Assembly (NCBI GenBank): GCA_963837955.1
Contig: CAWIPH010000002.1
Location: 1,952,001-2,016,000 of the forward strand
Origin: an uncultured Verrucomicrobiae bacterium
GTDB lineage: Bacteria > Verrucomicrobiota > Verrucomicrobiia > Chthoniobacterales > JAFAMB01
DNA length: 64,000 bases
Reading direction: 5' to 3'
Notes under the pieces: model-generated
Databases searched by the model: none
The model's input: only the letters and a program-made list of their open reading frames with translations
Told to the model about the DNA's origin: nothing
Translations under genes and position numbers: made by a program
Shown here: positions 50,668 to 62,000 of the stretch, piece by piece
How the letters are laid out: each line of letters begins with the position of its first letter
How positions within the stretch are numbered: the stretch's first letter is position 1

Positions 50668-50811
50668 ATGACAAATGACAAATGACAGATGACAAATGAC
50701 AAATGCGTGTGCGATCCAGCGCGACGTAGCCTCGGGTGTAGTGGGGCGAGAAGCCCTACCGGTCGTGGGTTGCACCCTCGCATCTGTCATCTGTCATTTG
50801 TCATCTGTCAT
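50668..50811. repeat. Inverted pair of heptamer arrays (ATGACAA)n / (CTGTCAT)n
   Basis: Five ATGACA(A/G) units at 50668-50702 and four (C/T)TGTCAT units at 50784-50811. Confidence 0.9.
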
Positions 50812-50863
50812 TCACCCGGAGGTTGACGTGCGATTCGCGGTGCGTTAGCAATCCGCTCCTCGA

Positions 50864-52030
50864 ATGGACTTCCGCATTCCGACCTCATTTGGCGAAGCCA
50901 TCGCACTCGATCATGTTCCGGAAGCGGATCAGTCTGTTTTTGTCTCGAGCTTTGAGCGCTGCGTTGCGGATCATCGATATTACGAAATTACGAAAGCGGC
51001 GCTGGGGGAGCAGTTCGAACACCGGTACTTGATTCTCAAAGACAAACAGGAGCGTACGCGCGCGGTGCAACCCTTTATCATAGTCCGTCAGGATTTGGTT
51101 ATGGGTACCCCGGCGTCCGTGAGAGGCCCAATCGATTCTCTCCGAACACGGTTTCCGAACTTTTTAAAACTACCCATGCTGATGATAGGCTGTTCGGCGG
51201 GCGAAGGTGCTATTGCGTTGGATGCCGTATCCGGGGATATCGACTGGACCATTGACGCCTTGGGAGAAGCGCTCCCGCTTCTAGCCAAGCGGCTCAAGGC
51301 GGTCATGGTATTGTTCAAAGATTTCCCGAAATCCTATCGAGCAAAACTCGACCGGCTCTTGGGCTCGGGATTTACCCGAATACCGAGTATGCCGGCGACC
51401 GGTCTGAAACTCGATTTCCGCAACTTCGACGAGTACCTGGCAACTAGGCTAAGTCACGCCATGCGGAAGAATTTACGGCGCAAATTCCGTAAGTCCGAAA
51501 CCGGGCCGCCGATCAGGACGGAAGTGGTGAGCGATATCACGCCATTCGTCGACGACATTTTGCCTCTTTACCAAGCCGTCTTCGGTCGAGCGAAACAACG
51601 ATTTGAGGAGCTGAACCGATCATACTTTTGCCAGCTCGGTCAGCGCATGAGCGATCGTTCGCGCTTTCTCATTTGGCGGCGAGAAGACAAGATCGTGGCT
51701 TTTGCGTCTTGCCTCGTTCATGACGGTGTTTTGAAAGACAACTATATCGGCCTCGATTATTCTCTCGCTCTGGAATATCACCTGTATTTTGTGACCTGGC
51801 GCGACACGGTCATCTGGGCTGTAGAAAATGGTTGTCACACCTACCATAGCGCCCCGCTGAACTATGATCCGAAGTTCCATTTTCGGATGCATTTGGAACC
51901 GCTCGATCTTTACGTCAGAGCGGTGCATCCTCTGCTGAATGCATGCTTTCGACCGCTGCTACCGCTCCTGGAACCGACCCGATACGATAAACCGATCCAG
52001 AAGTTCGAGAATGCAGGAGAGCTGTGGTAG
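50864..52030 (+). CDS. GNAT/FemAB-like acyltransferase
   Basis: NFDEYLA.RLS...RKNLRRK, FEELNRSYF, YIGLDY, LYF and NYDPK. Confidence 0.75.
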   Translation: MDFRIPTSFGEAIALDHVPEADQSVFVSSFERCVADHRYYEITKAALGEQFEHRYLILKDKQERTRAVQPFIIVRQDLVMGTPASVRGPIDSLRTRFPNFLKLPMLMIGCSAGEGAIALDAVSGDIDWTIDALGEALPLLAKRLKAVMVLFKDFPKSYRAKLDRLLGSGFTRIPSMPATGLKLDFRNFDEYLATRLSHAMRKNLRRKFRKSETGPPIRTEVVSDITPFVDDILPLYQAVFGRAKQRFEELNRSYFCQLGQRMSDRSRFLIWRREDKIVAFASCLVHDGVLKDNYIGLDYSLALEYHLYFVTWRDTVIWAVENGCHTYHSAPLNYDPKFHFRMHLEPLDLYVRAVHPLLNACFRPLLPLLEPTRYDKPIQKFENAGELW

Positions 52031-52114
52031 GGCGGGGAGGTCGGGATTGGTGATTAGTGATTGGTGATCGGTGATTTGGTGATGATCGCGCATCGTTGAT
52101 CTTCACCCCAGGCT

Positions 52115-52329
52115 GGTAGGGCGAAACAGTCCGGCAAACGCGACGTGGTTGAAGATATTTGGAGAGCGCCGGACTGTGAGCCGTCGTGAGCCAACGCCCG
52201 GCGCCAAAATCATGACCTGTCGCGTGAGATTTACCTTTCTGGGCGGCGGTAATTTGCGGATCGCGCCTCACGGAAATCGGCTCACACGTCTTATTCTCGC
52301 TGTCGCTCAACAACGTGTTTCGCCCTACC
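52115..52329 (+). repeat. Family C2 REPIN-like element
   Basis: GGTAGGGCGAAACAGTCCGGCAAA...GAGCGCCGGACTGTGAGCCG...CGGCTCACAC...TTTCGCCCTACC. Confidence 0.8.
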
Positions 52330-52412
52330 CGTCAGGGGGTCACCCCGCGCACCGACCTCCGATTTCGCGAAATTCTTGAACTTCCGCACGCGGCCGTGGC
52401 AATCTGCCGACC

Positions 52413-52916
52413 GTGTTGTCCCTTCGTCGAATTTTCTGTTGGCTCGGTTTGATGGTGATCCTCGCAGGTTGTGAAACCACGGCGCCATACGTTTACCACT
52501 ATATTCCAGGGCGGACGGCTACCGCCCAAAGTGGCTTTGCGATTGCTCCAGTGCAGGCTCCTTCGGCAGTCCAACAAGCGATCGCTGCCGGAAATGAAAT
52601 CGCGGGCCGGCCATATCGATATGGAGGAGGGCACAGATCATTTTACGATAGCGCTTATGATTGTTCCGGAGCGACCTCATTTGTGCTACACGCGATCGGG
52701 CGTCTGAATACACCGAACCCATCGGGCGAGTTTCGGAAATATGGCGACAAAGGCCCGGGAGACTGGATCACCATTTATGCTGCAAACGGTCATGTCTTTC
52801 TCGTCGTGGCGGGCCTTCGTTTTGATACCGGTTGGGGAGATGGGGATGGACCGCATTGGACTAGTCGAAGCCGGCCAGCTGATGGATACGTATTGAGGCA
52901 TCCGTCGGGTCTGTGA
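52413..52916 (+). CDS. NlpC/P60-like peptidoglycan endopeptidase lipoprotein
   Basis: Lipobox LAGC, PYRYGGGH, YDCSG (catalytic Cys) and GHV. Confidence 0.85.
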   Translation: MLSLRRIFCWLGLMVILAGCETTAPYVYHYIPGRTATAQSGFAIAPVQAPSAVQQAIAAGNEIAGRPYRYGGGHRSFYDSAYDCSGATSFVLHAIGRLNTPNPSGEFRKYGDKGPGDWITIYAANGHVFLVVAGLRFDTGWGDGDGPHWTSRSRPADGYVLRHPSGL

Positions 52917-52953
52917 ATTGTCCACGATTGTTGGGCGAAACACACCCAAGATT

Positions 52954-53103
52954 GGTAGGGCGATACACACCGTCGAGCGACAGCGAGAAAAGGTGTGTGA
53001 GCGGAGCGCGTGAGTCAACCCATGGGTTTCGGAACGGCTCACAGTCCGGCGCTCAACGACGTTTTATCACACGTGGCGTTTTGCCGGACTGTTTCGGCCT
53101 ACC
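52954..53103 (-). repeat. Family C2 REPIN-like element, inverted copy of 52115-52329
   Basis: Reverse complement reads GGTAGGCCGAAACAGTCCGGCAAAA...GAGCGCCGGACTGTGAGCCG...TTCTCGCTGTCGCTC...ATCGCCCTACC. Confidence 0.8.
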
Positions 53104-53150
53104 GGCCCTCGGTGCGTTTTGCGCACTGGTAAGGCTAACGGTCCACCCAC

Positions 53151-53186
53151 AAAAAAAGCCAGTGCAGGTAGCGACCTGCACTGGCT
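53151..53186 (-). terminator. Rho-independent terminator of the 53242-54456 gene
   Basis: On minus: AGCCAGTGCAGGT-CGCT-ACCTGCACTGGC followed by T7. Confidence 0.88.
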
Positions 53187-53241
53187 GAATTGAGTTGTTA
53201 ACAGCTAACTGAGATTCGTCAGTTGACTGGTGCTTCGCGGT

Positions 53242-54456
53242 TTATTTACCGGGTAGGCCGCCATTCTCGATCGTACCGCCATCTTTGTCTCTGCTAACCT
53301 GCATGGCGCTCAGCAAAATGCCCGATACAGATGCATCTGTCGTGAGAATGGTGTTAGCGATCTGGAGAGCAACTGTCTTCTGGTTTCCGGCAAGGGTTTT
53401 GCGGTAATCGAAATGTTCGTAACCCCAGAAAGTGTACAAGGGATTAGTGGGGCTGGATGGGCCCGTGACTCCCGCTGTGGAGTAAGCAACCCCGTTGAAG
53501 TTCAATTGAATCCCGGTGGTAACACTGGCCGCATCATTGAGGCCAAGATAACCAATGAACCAGGTTCCAAAGCCAGTCGCTTTTGGAGTGTTGAGGGTCG
53601 TAGCCAGCGTACCGCCGCTGGAAAAACCGGAGTCTCCAACCGGATAGTTAATTCCGTCCACCGTCACTGCTGGCCAGAGATTTGCACCGTTGACTTGGCC
53701 ACCGCCGTTGAGCGTCGGTTGATATTGTTGCGGATTCTTTTGGATACCGAATCCACTGCAAGCAAACGCTTGAATACGGGTGCCGGAATCTTCATCACGG
53801 CCTACCGCGAACACACTTTCGGTATCTCCCTTGTTTCCGCTAAGTGTCTTGAGTAGGAGAGTACCCTTGAGAAGGGTCTGCACCTGCGCTGACGTAATAT
53901 TGGTCACCGACCCTAGGGCAGCCGTTCCCGGGCTGGCTACAAACTTAAAGGGCACAACGCCCACTACTTCGGTGGTGAGTACCGGTGTCTGGTAGAGCGG
54001 CGGTGCCGACTTTTGGTAGCAATCGGCAAGGGCCACATCAGCGGTCAACGGTGACTCAAAGACAGGGCTGAGATCATTGGTGCCGCCGGTGCTTTGGGCG
54101 GTTGAATCAACCAGCCATCCGCCTCCACCAAAGGAGGTTCCACCGGGTCCAACGGTCAGGTTTTTAGCCAGCGTGGCAATGCCGCCGACCGAACCGGAGA
54201 ACGAGGTCTTAATGATCACAGAAACATTGCTCGTTTTGGTCGTGCCGGTGAAGATAGCTTGACTGGCTTTGCTCAAGCCGCCTGTGCCGGTATAAGCATA
54301 GACGTAACCGGTTTGGAGGTTGTCTTGGATCGCTTGATATACTGCTGCGCGATACGCGGTGGAACCGGTAACGCGTAGAAACGTCGTCTGGGCAGACGCC
54401 GTACCAATGAGGGCAAATGCGAGTAAACTCGCGAGGATGGTTTGGAACGCTTTCAC
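53242..54456 (-). CDS. Secreted PstS/PBP-like substrate-binding-fold protein
   Basis: Signal peptide from GTG 54456 (VKAFQTILASLLAFALIGTASA). RVTGSTAYR, SGSVGGI, GRDEDSGTR and IGYLG match phosphate-binding-protein motifs. Confidence 0.65.
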   Translation of the reverse strand: MKAFQTILASLLAFALIGTASAQTTFLRVTGSTAYRAAVYQAIQDNLQTGYVYAYTGTGGLSKASQAIFTGTTKTSNVSVIIKTSFSGSVGGIATLAKNLTVGPGGTSFGGGGWLVDSTAQSTGGTNDLSPVFESPLTADVALADCYQKSAPPLYQTPVLTTEVVGVVPFKFVASPGTAALGSVTNITSAQVQTLLKGTLLLKTLSGNKGDTESVFAVGRDEDSGTRIQAFACSGFGIQKNPQQYQPTLNGGGQVNGANLWPAVTVDGINYPVGDSGFSSGGTLATTLNTPKATGFGTWFIGYLGLNDAASVTTGIQLNFNGVAYSTAGVTGPSSPTNPLYTFWGYEHFDYRKTLAGNQKTVALQIANTILTTDASVSGILLSAMQVSRDKDGGTIENGGLPGK

Positions 54457-54605
54457 TATTATGGTTTGTTCTAAGGAACGATCTTTGTTCAAGGACGCTT
54501 GGTCAGTCGGTGCAGCGGAATAGCAGCGCTGAGCCGATCCCGTATGCACCTGTCTGATCCGCAACTAACATCGCTAACCCCCCGTTTCAGAACAACCGCT
54601 TTAGC

Positions 54606-54893
54606 GTTACAATTGCGCCACAATCTACCGTCGGTTGTGGTTAATAATGTACATCGAAGGCTTTTCGCAGGTGCACAAAACTTTCAAGACTACCGATCAG
54701 ACCGGTTATCTGACAACCTACTTACTGTTACATTTTAGTAACAAAGCAGTGTGTTTTTGCAGAAGGTAAAGTCCAGATTTGTTTTGGCACTGAATAGCTA
54801 GAGCTATTTATATTTTAGTTAGGAGACTTAACTAGTAGGGGTAGTAAACGCAACCGGGAGAACATACTTTCGGGTCACAATTGCGCTACAATC
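54606..54893. promoter_or_regulatory. Candidate regulator boxes in the AT-rich divergent promoter region
   Basis: ACAATTGCGC(C/T)ACAATC at 54609-54625 and 54877-54893, and palindrome TGTTAC-N6-GTAACA at 54726-54743. Confidence 0.5.
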
Positions 54894-56016
54894 GCGCTCT
54901 TTCGGTATAGCGAATTGCTAGTAAATGAGCTGATAGCCAGCTAGCCAATGGGAGCTAAAAATAAGAAAAGAAATTTTAAACAGAAGGTAGCAAAGGAAGC
55001 AAAGACAGAGGGTTGGAAAGTTGAAGTTTGACCGTAGAAAGGTGATGCGTTCGGGTACTCGCAAAGAGTATTCCTGCATGAGGAAATTTAATGCCACGCA
55101 ACGGACTAACGAGCTCAGTCAAGCCGTCGAAGCAAACGTGATTAGTGAAAAGTGATTGGTGATTGATTTTGGCGAGGCGCTCCGAATTACCCTGATCAGG
55201 GAGGGCGCGCGTCCTCGCGCGCCGTCGCAGCCTCGCCCAGCGATGAGTCAGACGATAAAGCCGAGATGTCAGCATGATGGGTTAAACAGCGGATTGCGAG
55301 GACGCAATCCCTCCCAAGTTCCATGTGCTTTTTTGCGACCATTCCTATTCGTGTCAATTTCTCATCCATTCGTGGTTAATAAATTGCGTTGCAGATCTCT
55401 TCTGGGAACGCGAAAAGAGAAGTAGGTCGAACAGATAACCACGAAGATTTCGACTTACGCTTTGCTTCCTGTGTGGACCTATTGGTTTAGGAAAGTAAAC
55501 CGAGCCAGAAAACTATGGCGATTGGGCTCGGCGATCGAGATGAACCAAGCTTTGCGTTACCCTAGAGCTTCGTTCGAATCCATGGTGTTGTGAGGACAGT
55601 CGCCGCTACCAATTCCTCTTACCTTTGCGATCTTTGCGTTCTTTTGTGGCTATTCTTATTTCGCGATGGGCCGGCATCTGCCCGCAGGAACCGGAGCGCA
55701 CACGTGGGAGATCGAAATAAACAATGGTGGGAACATTTGGAAGGTACTCACCGATCTTGCCAGCCACCGACAGATAGAATGCCATGCGATTGTTACAATC
55801 CGTTGCTTGAGAGTCTTAACCGCGGAAGATAAATAACAGGCGATTGTTCTGGCGAGCGCGAGTAGATCGGCGAATTGACGCGAATGGATACAATAGATGC
55901 GAATTGGGAAGGCGAACACACTGGGGCATAATGGGGGGATTGTGAGCCTTATTCGTGTCTATTGTATTCATTCGCGCATCTGCAATATCTGATCGCTCTG
56001 AGTCCTAGACCGGAGA

Positions 56017-59000
56017 ATGTTGATGGATTTGCGTAAAAACCTTTTCAGCGTTCCCCGAAGAGCCCGGTCGCTGGGATTTGCTATCTGCTATTTGCTATCT
56101 GCCATTTGCTATCCGCGAAGCGTAGGGGCGGGCGATATTCTCCGAGGGGGCTCATCGAATAGCTCGACCGGACCCACGTCCGCCGCCGTTGGCGGAAACC
56201 AGGCCGCGATGGCCCAGCTGAAGACCAATGCCAAAGACATACTGGCGCGAGCTACGCAGGCGTTACAATCGGCGCAAGCCATGCAACAGACCGCGCGCAA
56301 GCTGGCGCTAGCGGCACCGAACAATGTCCCGAACGGTTTGAAGCCAGGCGGGCTCCAGGTGGCCACCGGCAAGAACGCGTTTTGGCAGGGCGCCAATCAG
56401 CCTACGCAGTCCGTGGTCAATGGCCAAACCACCGTTACGATTCTACAGACGGCACCCCAAGCGATTCTCAATTGGCAAACATTTAATGTCGGAAGTAACA
56501 CCACCGCCTATTTCAACCAGAGCGCAGGCGGCAATTTCGCTAATACCTGGGTAGCCTTAAACCGGATCCTGGATCCTTCACGCGCCCCCAGCCAAATCCT
56601 GGGCTCGATCAAGGCTCAGGGACAGGTTTATCTCATTAACCAAAACGGCATCATTTTCGGTGGTTCATCCCAAGTTAACGTCAGCTCCCTCCTGGTTGCT
56701 GCCGCCATTATCACGAATAATCAGTTCACGACATCCGGTATCTACAGCCCGATAGTAACCGGCGTTTATCAGCCAAGTTTTACGGGCGGATCAGGTCCGG
56801 TCTTGATTCAATCCGGGGCGGAGATCACCACGAATGCGCCGCCAGGGATTGCCGATCGGGGCGGATCGGTCATCCTCCTTGGCCACTCGGTCGAGAACGA
56901 CGGTTCTATCACCACTACTAATGGCCAAACCCTTCTGGCAGCGGGAAAGAGTTTTAACTTGCTCCAAGGCTACAGCATCACACCGGCAAATAGTTCAAGC
57001 GGGAACCTGACCTCGACCACACTCGGGACCGAAGTCGCGGTTAGCCAGGGTGGAATCGCAGTGAATACCGGTCTGATCCAGGCAACCACGGGTGACATTA
57101 CCATGGTGGGCAGCCAGGTGACGCAGGGAGGGGTCGCTATCTCCACCAGTTCGGTGTCCCAACGGGGCACAATTCATCTCTTGACCCCGACGGTTGATCT
57201 AAACAGCGGCAAGACGTTTCCGGGCAGCAGCGTCACTTTGGCGCCCGGCAGTGTTACCCTCATTGAGCCGGACCCCAACTCCGGGAATGCGCTCAACCCG
57301 CAACGGACTGCCGCTTACGCCCAACAACTCGCCTACCTAACTAATGCCCAACTCAATGCTACCGCCGGACTCAACGATGACGTTTCGCTGCCGGACCGGA
57401 TCGGAATTTCGCGGATCGAGATCACGACCGGTGGCACAGTGGATTTCGCCAGCGGCTCGCTGACCAGTGCGACCGCGGGACAAATTGCCGTCAGTGCGGG
57501 GAAACAGGTTTTTGCCGGAACCGGAGCTGAGCTTAACGTCTCGGGACTGGTCGATGTTTCGCTGCCGATGTCGGCCAACAATCTCGCGGTTAGCATCCAA
57601 GGGTTCGAACTGCGCGATAATCCGCTCAACCGGGATTCGAAAACTCTCTTTAACAGTACGGTTTATGTCGATCTGGGGCAACTTCAGCAGGTACCGGCAA
57701 GCTCCGCGTATCGACAAAACCGGTTCTACACGGCGGGCGGCGCGTTGGAAGTCAGCGGCGAACTGAACAATGTCAACCATAGCATCAACGAATGGTCGAC
57801 CATTGGCGGCTCGATCACTTTATCAGCCGGTCAAGTCGTGGCGCAGAGCGGGTCAGTATTTAACATTGCGGGAGGGTCCATCCAGTACCAAGCCGGTTAT
57901 CTCAAGCAGAGTTACCTCATCGGCAGTGATGGCCACATCTACAATGTGAACACCGCCCCGGCCGGCATCAGCTATCTCGGGGTCTTTCAAGGCTTCATCG
58001 TCAATCATCCCCGTTGGAACGTGACCGAGAATTTCGCGAACATTATTGTCGATCCCAGTCAGATTTACCGGCCAGGTTATACCGTAGGTCGCGATGCTGG
58101 CAGTCTGACGATAAATGCGCCGACCTCGATCTTCGAAGGAACGATTGAAGCTGGAACGATCGACGGAATCCGCCAGAACGGGACCCGGCCATCGAGCGTG
58201 CCGGATCCGTTTCTTTTGCCTCAGACCACGGTTCCGCTCAACGGTTCTCTGACCGTTGGTACGAATTACCCACAAAAGCCGCAGCCGGCCTCTCAGCCGA
58301 TTGCTGTCTCTACCAGCAACGTTGTTTTTGCTAACGGTAACACCTCGATCGCTACCAATCTCAACCCGACGGCCCAGCTCGACCCAGCGTTGCTCGACAC
58401 GAATACGTTTTCCGCCCAGCGGATCAGCAGCGCTGCCCTGGGCGGTTTAACCGTCAATGTCCAGGCGCCAGTTCATCCCTCCACAATTCCCGGAAAGACG
58501 AATCAAGGCTACTTGACGATCAGCGCCCCGCTCCTTTTTGCGGACGGCGCTCAAGTGTCATTGACAGCGGCTAACGTCGTGATCAGTGGCGGTATCACCG
58601 CACCGAGCGGCTCTGTTACGATCAACGCGCTCTCTTATCAGGTAAGTCCTATTATCGTGACGTCTTTTACCATACCGCGTCCGATCGCCGGGATTACGCT
58701 GGAACCGGGCGCTGTGATTAACACCCAAGGCCTATTTACTAACGCGCTGCTCGATCCGTCGGATCTCACCGGTGAAGCGTTCATTAACGGCGGCAACGTG
58801 ACCCTGGCCACGAACCAGGGGATCACGCTGGCGGCCGGGAGTCTGATTGATGCTTCCTCGGGCGCGGCAATCTTGCCCAACCGCAAGACGCTCAATGGCG
58901 CCGGCGGGAATATCACGATTCTGGCGGATCAGGTCGGTAATGTGATAGCCCGGCCGTCAAAAAACCCGAATGTGGTGCTTACTCCTGATGTCGCACACCA

Positions 59001-62000
59001 GGTATCGAGCGCACCGTTGATTCTGTACGGGACGCTCCGCTCTTTCGGGGTCAAAACAGACGGTGCGCTTTCCTTGCAAGCCTACTCCGTGGTGATCGGC
59101 GACTCGATTTCCCCGGCGGCGTCAAGTCAGCTTGTGCTTTCTACGTCGTTTTTCATCCAGGGGTTCTCGAGTTACACGATCAACGGTCTGACCAGCCTCA
59201 CCGTGGCACCCGGCGCCAATATCAATGTGACCTCACCGGTCTATCAGATCACCCCAGCCGTTTTCAAAATGCCAACCGGCACCGATCCGGCGATTGCCTT
59301 GGGTCGTCCCACGCTCATGCCGGTCTATGTCGGCAACGCAGCGACCGCGACCGTGACCCAGCGTCCCGGTGCCAGCCTTACCTTGGAGTCGGGAATCAAT
59401 CCGGCGATCCGGCCGAAAACGACGGCGATCGATCCTTCAACGATCATTGATCTCCAGGAGGGGGCGTTTGGTGGCAACATCGAGATCGGGTTAGGGGCCT
59501 CGATTGTGGTTGATCCAAACCAGTCGGTCACACTCCAGAGCGGGGGACAAATTACAGTAAACGGTGCGATCCGAGCCCCGGCCGGTACTATCGCGATCGC
59601 CAACAACCGGCAATTGGGTGGACTCGGCAAGACGTACAATCCCGGTGCGCTTTCGATCTGGCTGGGCAGCAACAGCGTTCTTGATGTGGCGGGGAACGCT
59701 TATACGACTAAGGACCAGTTTGGCCGGACATACGGTGTGGTGCAGAATGGTGGATCGATCATCCTCGGGAGCCAGGGTGGTGTGGATTCCATGTTCTTTA
59801 GTGAGTTATCGACCGACGCGTTTGTCATCATTCGGCCCGGTGCTCTCCTCGATGTGTCCGGTGCAAGCGCTGTGTTGGATCCGTTGGCGGGAACCGCACC
59901 CGGGATGTTCGATTCCTCGCAGCTCTCAGGTGTTCCGACCGCACCGGTCCTGGTCGCGAGCAATGGCGGTTCGATCACATTGAGTTCTTACGATGGCATC
60001 TTCAACGACGGGACGATGCGCGCCTTCGCGGGCGGAAGAGGCGCTGCCGGTGGAACCTTATCGGTCATCTTAGAGTCGCCAGTTTATACGCTAAATAAAA
60101 ACCAGATCTCCGGTCCGCAAGAAACTCAAATTCCGGCGGTTCCTGCAACGCTAAACGTCCCGCGAATTATGACCGTAGGCCAGGGAACTCCCACGGATCC
60201 GCTACCTATCATCCTGCAACCGGGGCAAACCGACCCTGATCTGCAGGTTGGTCAGGCTTATGTAAGCGCCAATGCAATCAACCAGGGCGGCTTTGCAAAC
60301 GTGTCACTGTATGCCGGGAACCAGATAGCCTTTGCGGGCAGCAGCATCTTGCGCGCGCCGGAGTCCATTACTCTGACTGCCCTCAATCTGGTCGGGAGTA
60401 AACGGGGTGCTTCGACCCAGATCATCGCCCCTTACGTCAAATTTAGCAGTCCCGTGACCTTCGTCCCTATTTCTGGTGGATCGCCGCCATTCTACTCTCT
60501 CGAACTGGGCGTTTCCAACTCCGTCGTAGTAGTAAAAAACTTTGCAGTAGTCGCTGATCTGATCGATTTCCAAGGCGCTACCGACGTCGGGTTGCCTTCC
60601 AACTACCCCAACTTTCTGTTGCCACAAAAGTCCGAAGTGAGCTTTTTTAGCAGCGGAGATATTCGCTTCGTTGCGCCGGTCCCCAACGGTACCGGAGGAA
60701 GCCCCTCCTCCTCTGTTGCCGCTCCAGACAGCATCTCGCTGAGCGCGGCGCAAATCTATCCGGCCACGGGCGTGTCCGGGTCGATCTCCGCAGCTGACAC
60801 TATTTCAATCGGTCGAACAGGAGGCCCAGCCCCGGCCGTTCCGTACTCGGTTTTCGGCACGCTGAGCCTCACTGCTGCGACCATTGAGCAAGCCGGTGTC
60901 CTGCGTGCGCCCCTCGGCTCCATCGTATTAACTGCCAACCGAGCGCCGTCCGTTCGGGACTCCGGCTCAGTGGATTTGCTCCCCGGCAGCATTACATCCG
61001 TAAGTGCGAACGGCCTGACTATACCCTACGGGGGTACGACCGATGGCGTTCGCTACACCGTCAATGGGAATTCGGTGACGTTTCCGAGCCTGGTTGGCAA
61101 CGCGAACTCCATTTCTCCAAGTGCTGGGCAATTTGTTATCGGAATCACCATCAATGCTTTATCGGTAGCCGGCAGCAAAGGTTCGCTGATCGACCTATCC
61201 GGTGGAGGAACACTGACCGGCGCTGGATTTATCTCTGGGCGCGGCGGATCGGTCGATGTTTTGTCCACGCCGCTCATTAACCAAAACCCTACGAACACCT
61301 TCAGTACGGCTGGGAGCACCGTCTATGCGATTCTGCCGGGAGGGCCTGACTATGCGCCATCGGGAGCGAGTACCAATATCCCTTACACCGGTGGAGTGCC
61401 CGGGATCGGCCAGCAAATCACGATCCCAGCCGGCGTCCCTGGACTCGCGCCCGGTGTTTACACGCTGCTGCCTTCGAATTACGCGCTTTTGCCGGGCGCC
61501 TATCGTGTCGAACTGGGGGGCGCCGCCGCGCCATTGAACCAGCTGCCGGTTATTCCAGTTACCGGTGGTTCATTCCTGGTTACGGCCTACGGCGGGATTG
61601 CCAATACTGGGATACAGAGTTCGCAGCCGCTTCGCGCGATAATCACTTCGGGGACCACCGTTCGCGACGATTCTCAATACGACGAGGAGAGCTATAGCTC
61701 GTTCGCGCTGGCGCAGGCAGCGCAATTCCACAATGTTGCTCCGTTGCTGCCAGCCGATGCCAAGACGCTCGTCCTCAATTTTGCCGTTCCAACGGCTCGG
61801 TTATCGGCGCTCACCTTTAACGGAGCCGCCAATTTCAGTCCTGGACCTGGCGGTGTTTCTGGTTCCCTGCTGGTCGAGATTCCGACCCTTGACAGTTTCA
61901 ACACGCCGCTGAGAACCAATCTCTTGGAGATCACCGGACAGGGCGCGATACCGACTCGTGGTTGGGTTTCGGTCAGTGCTGCCGCGCTTGACGCCTTTGG

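Noticed and set aside
50410..50790. ORFs containing SFVICH, ITNH or HADTP repeats (also 24418-24813, 47964-48161, 51915-52313 and the N-terminal extension of 43897-45552)
   Set aside because: These are translations of intergenic tandem repeats, not credible proteins.
54785..54800. Sigma-54 promoter TGGCAC...GC
   Set aside because: The GG-to-GC spacing is 9 nt rather than the required 10.
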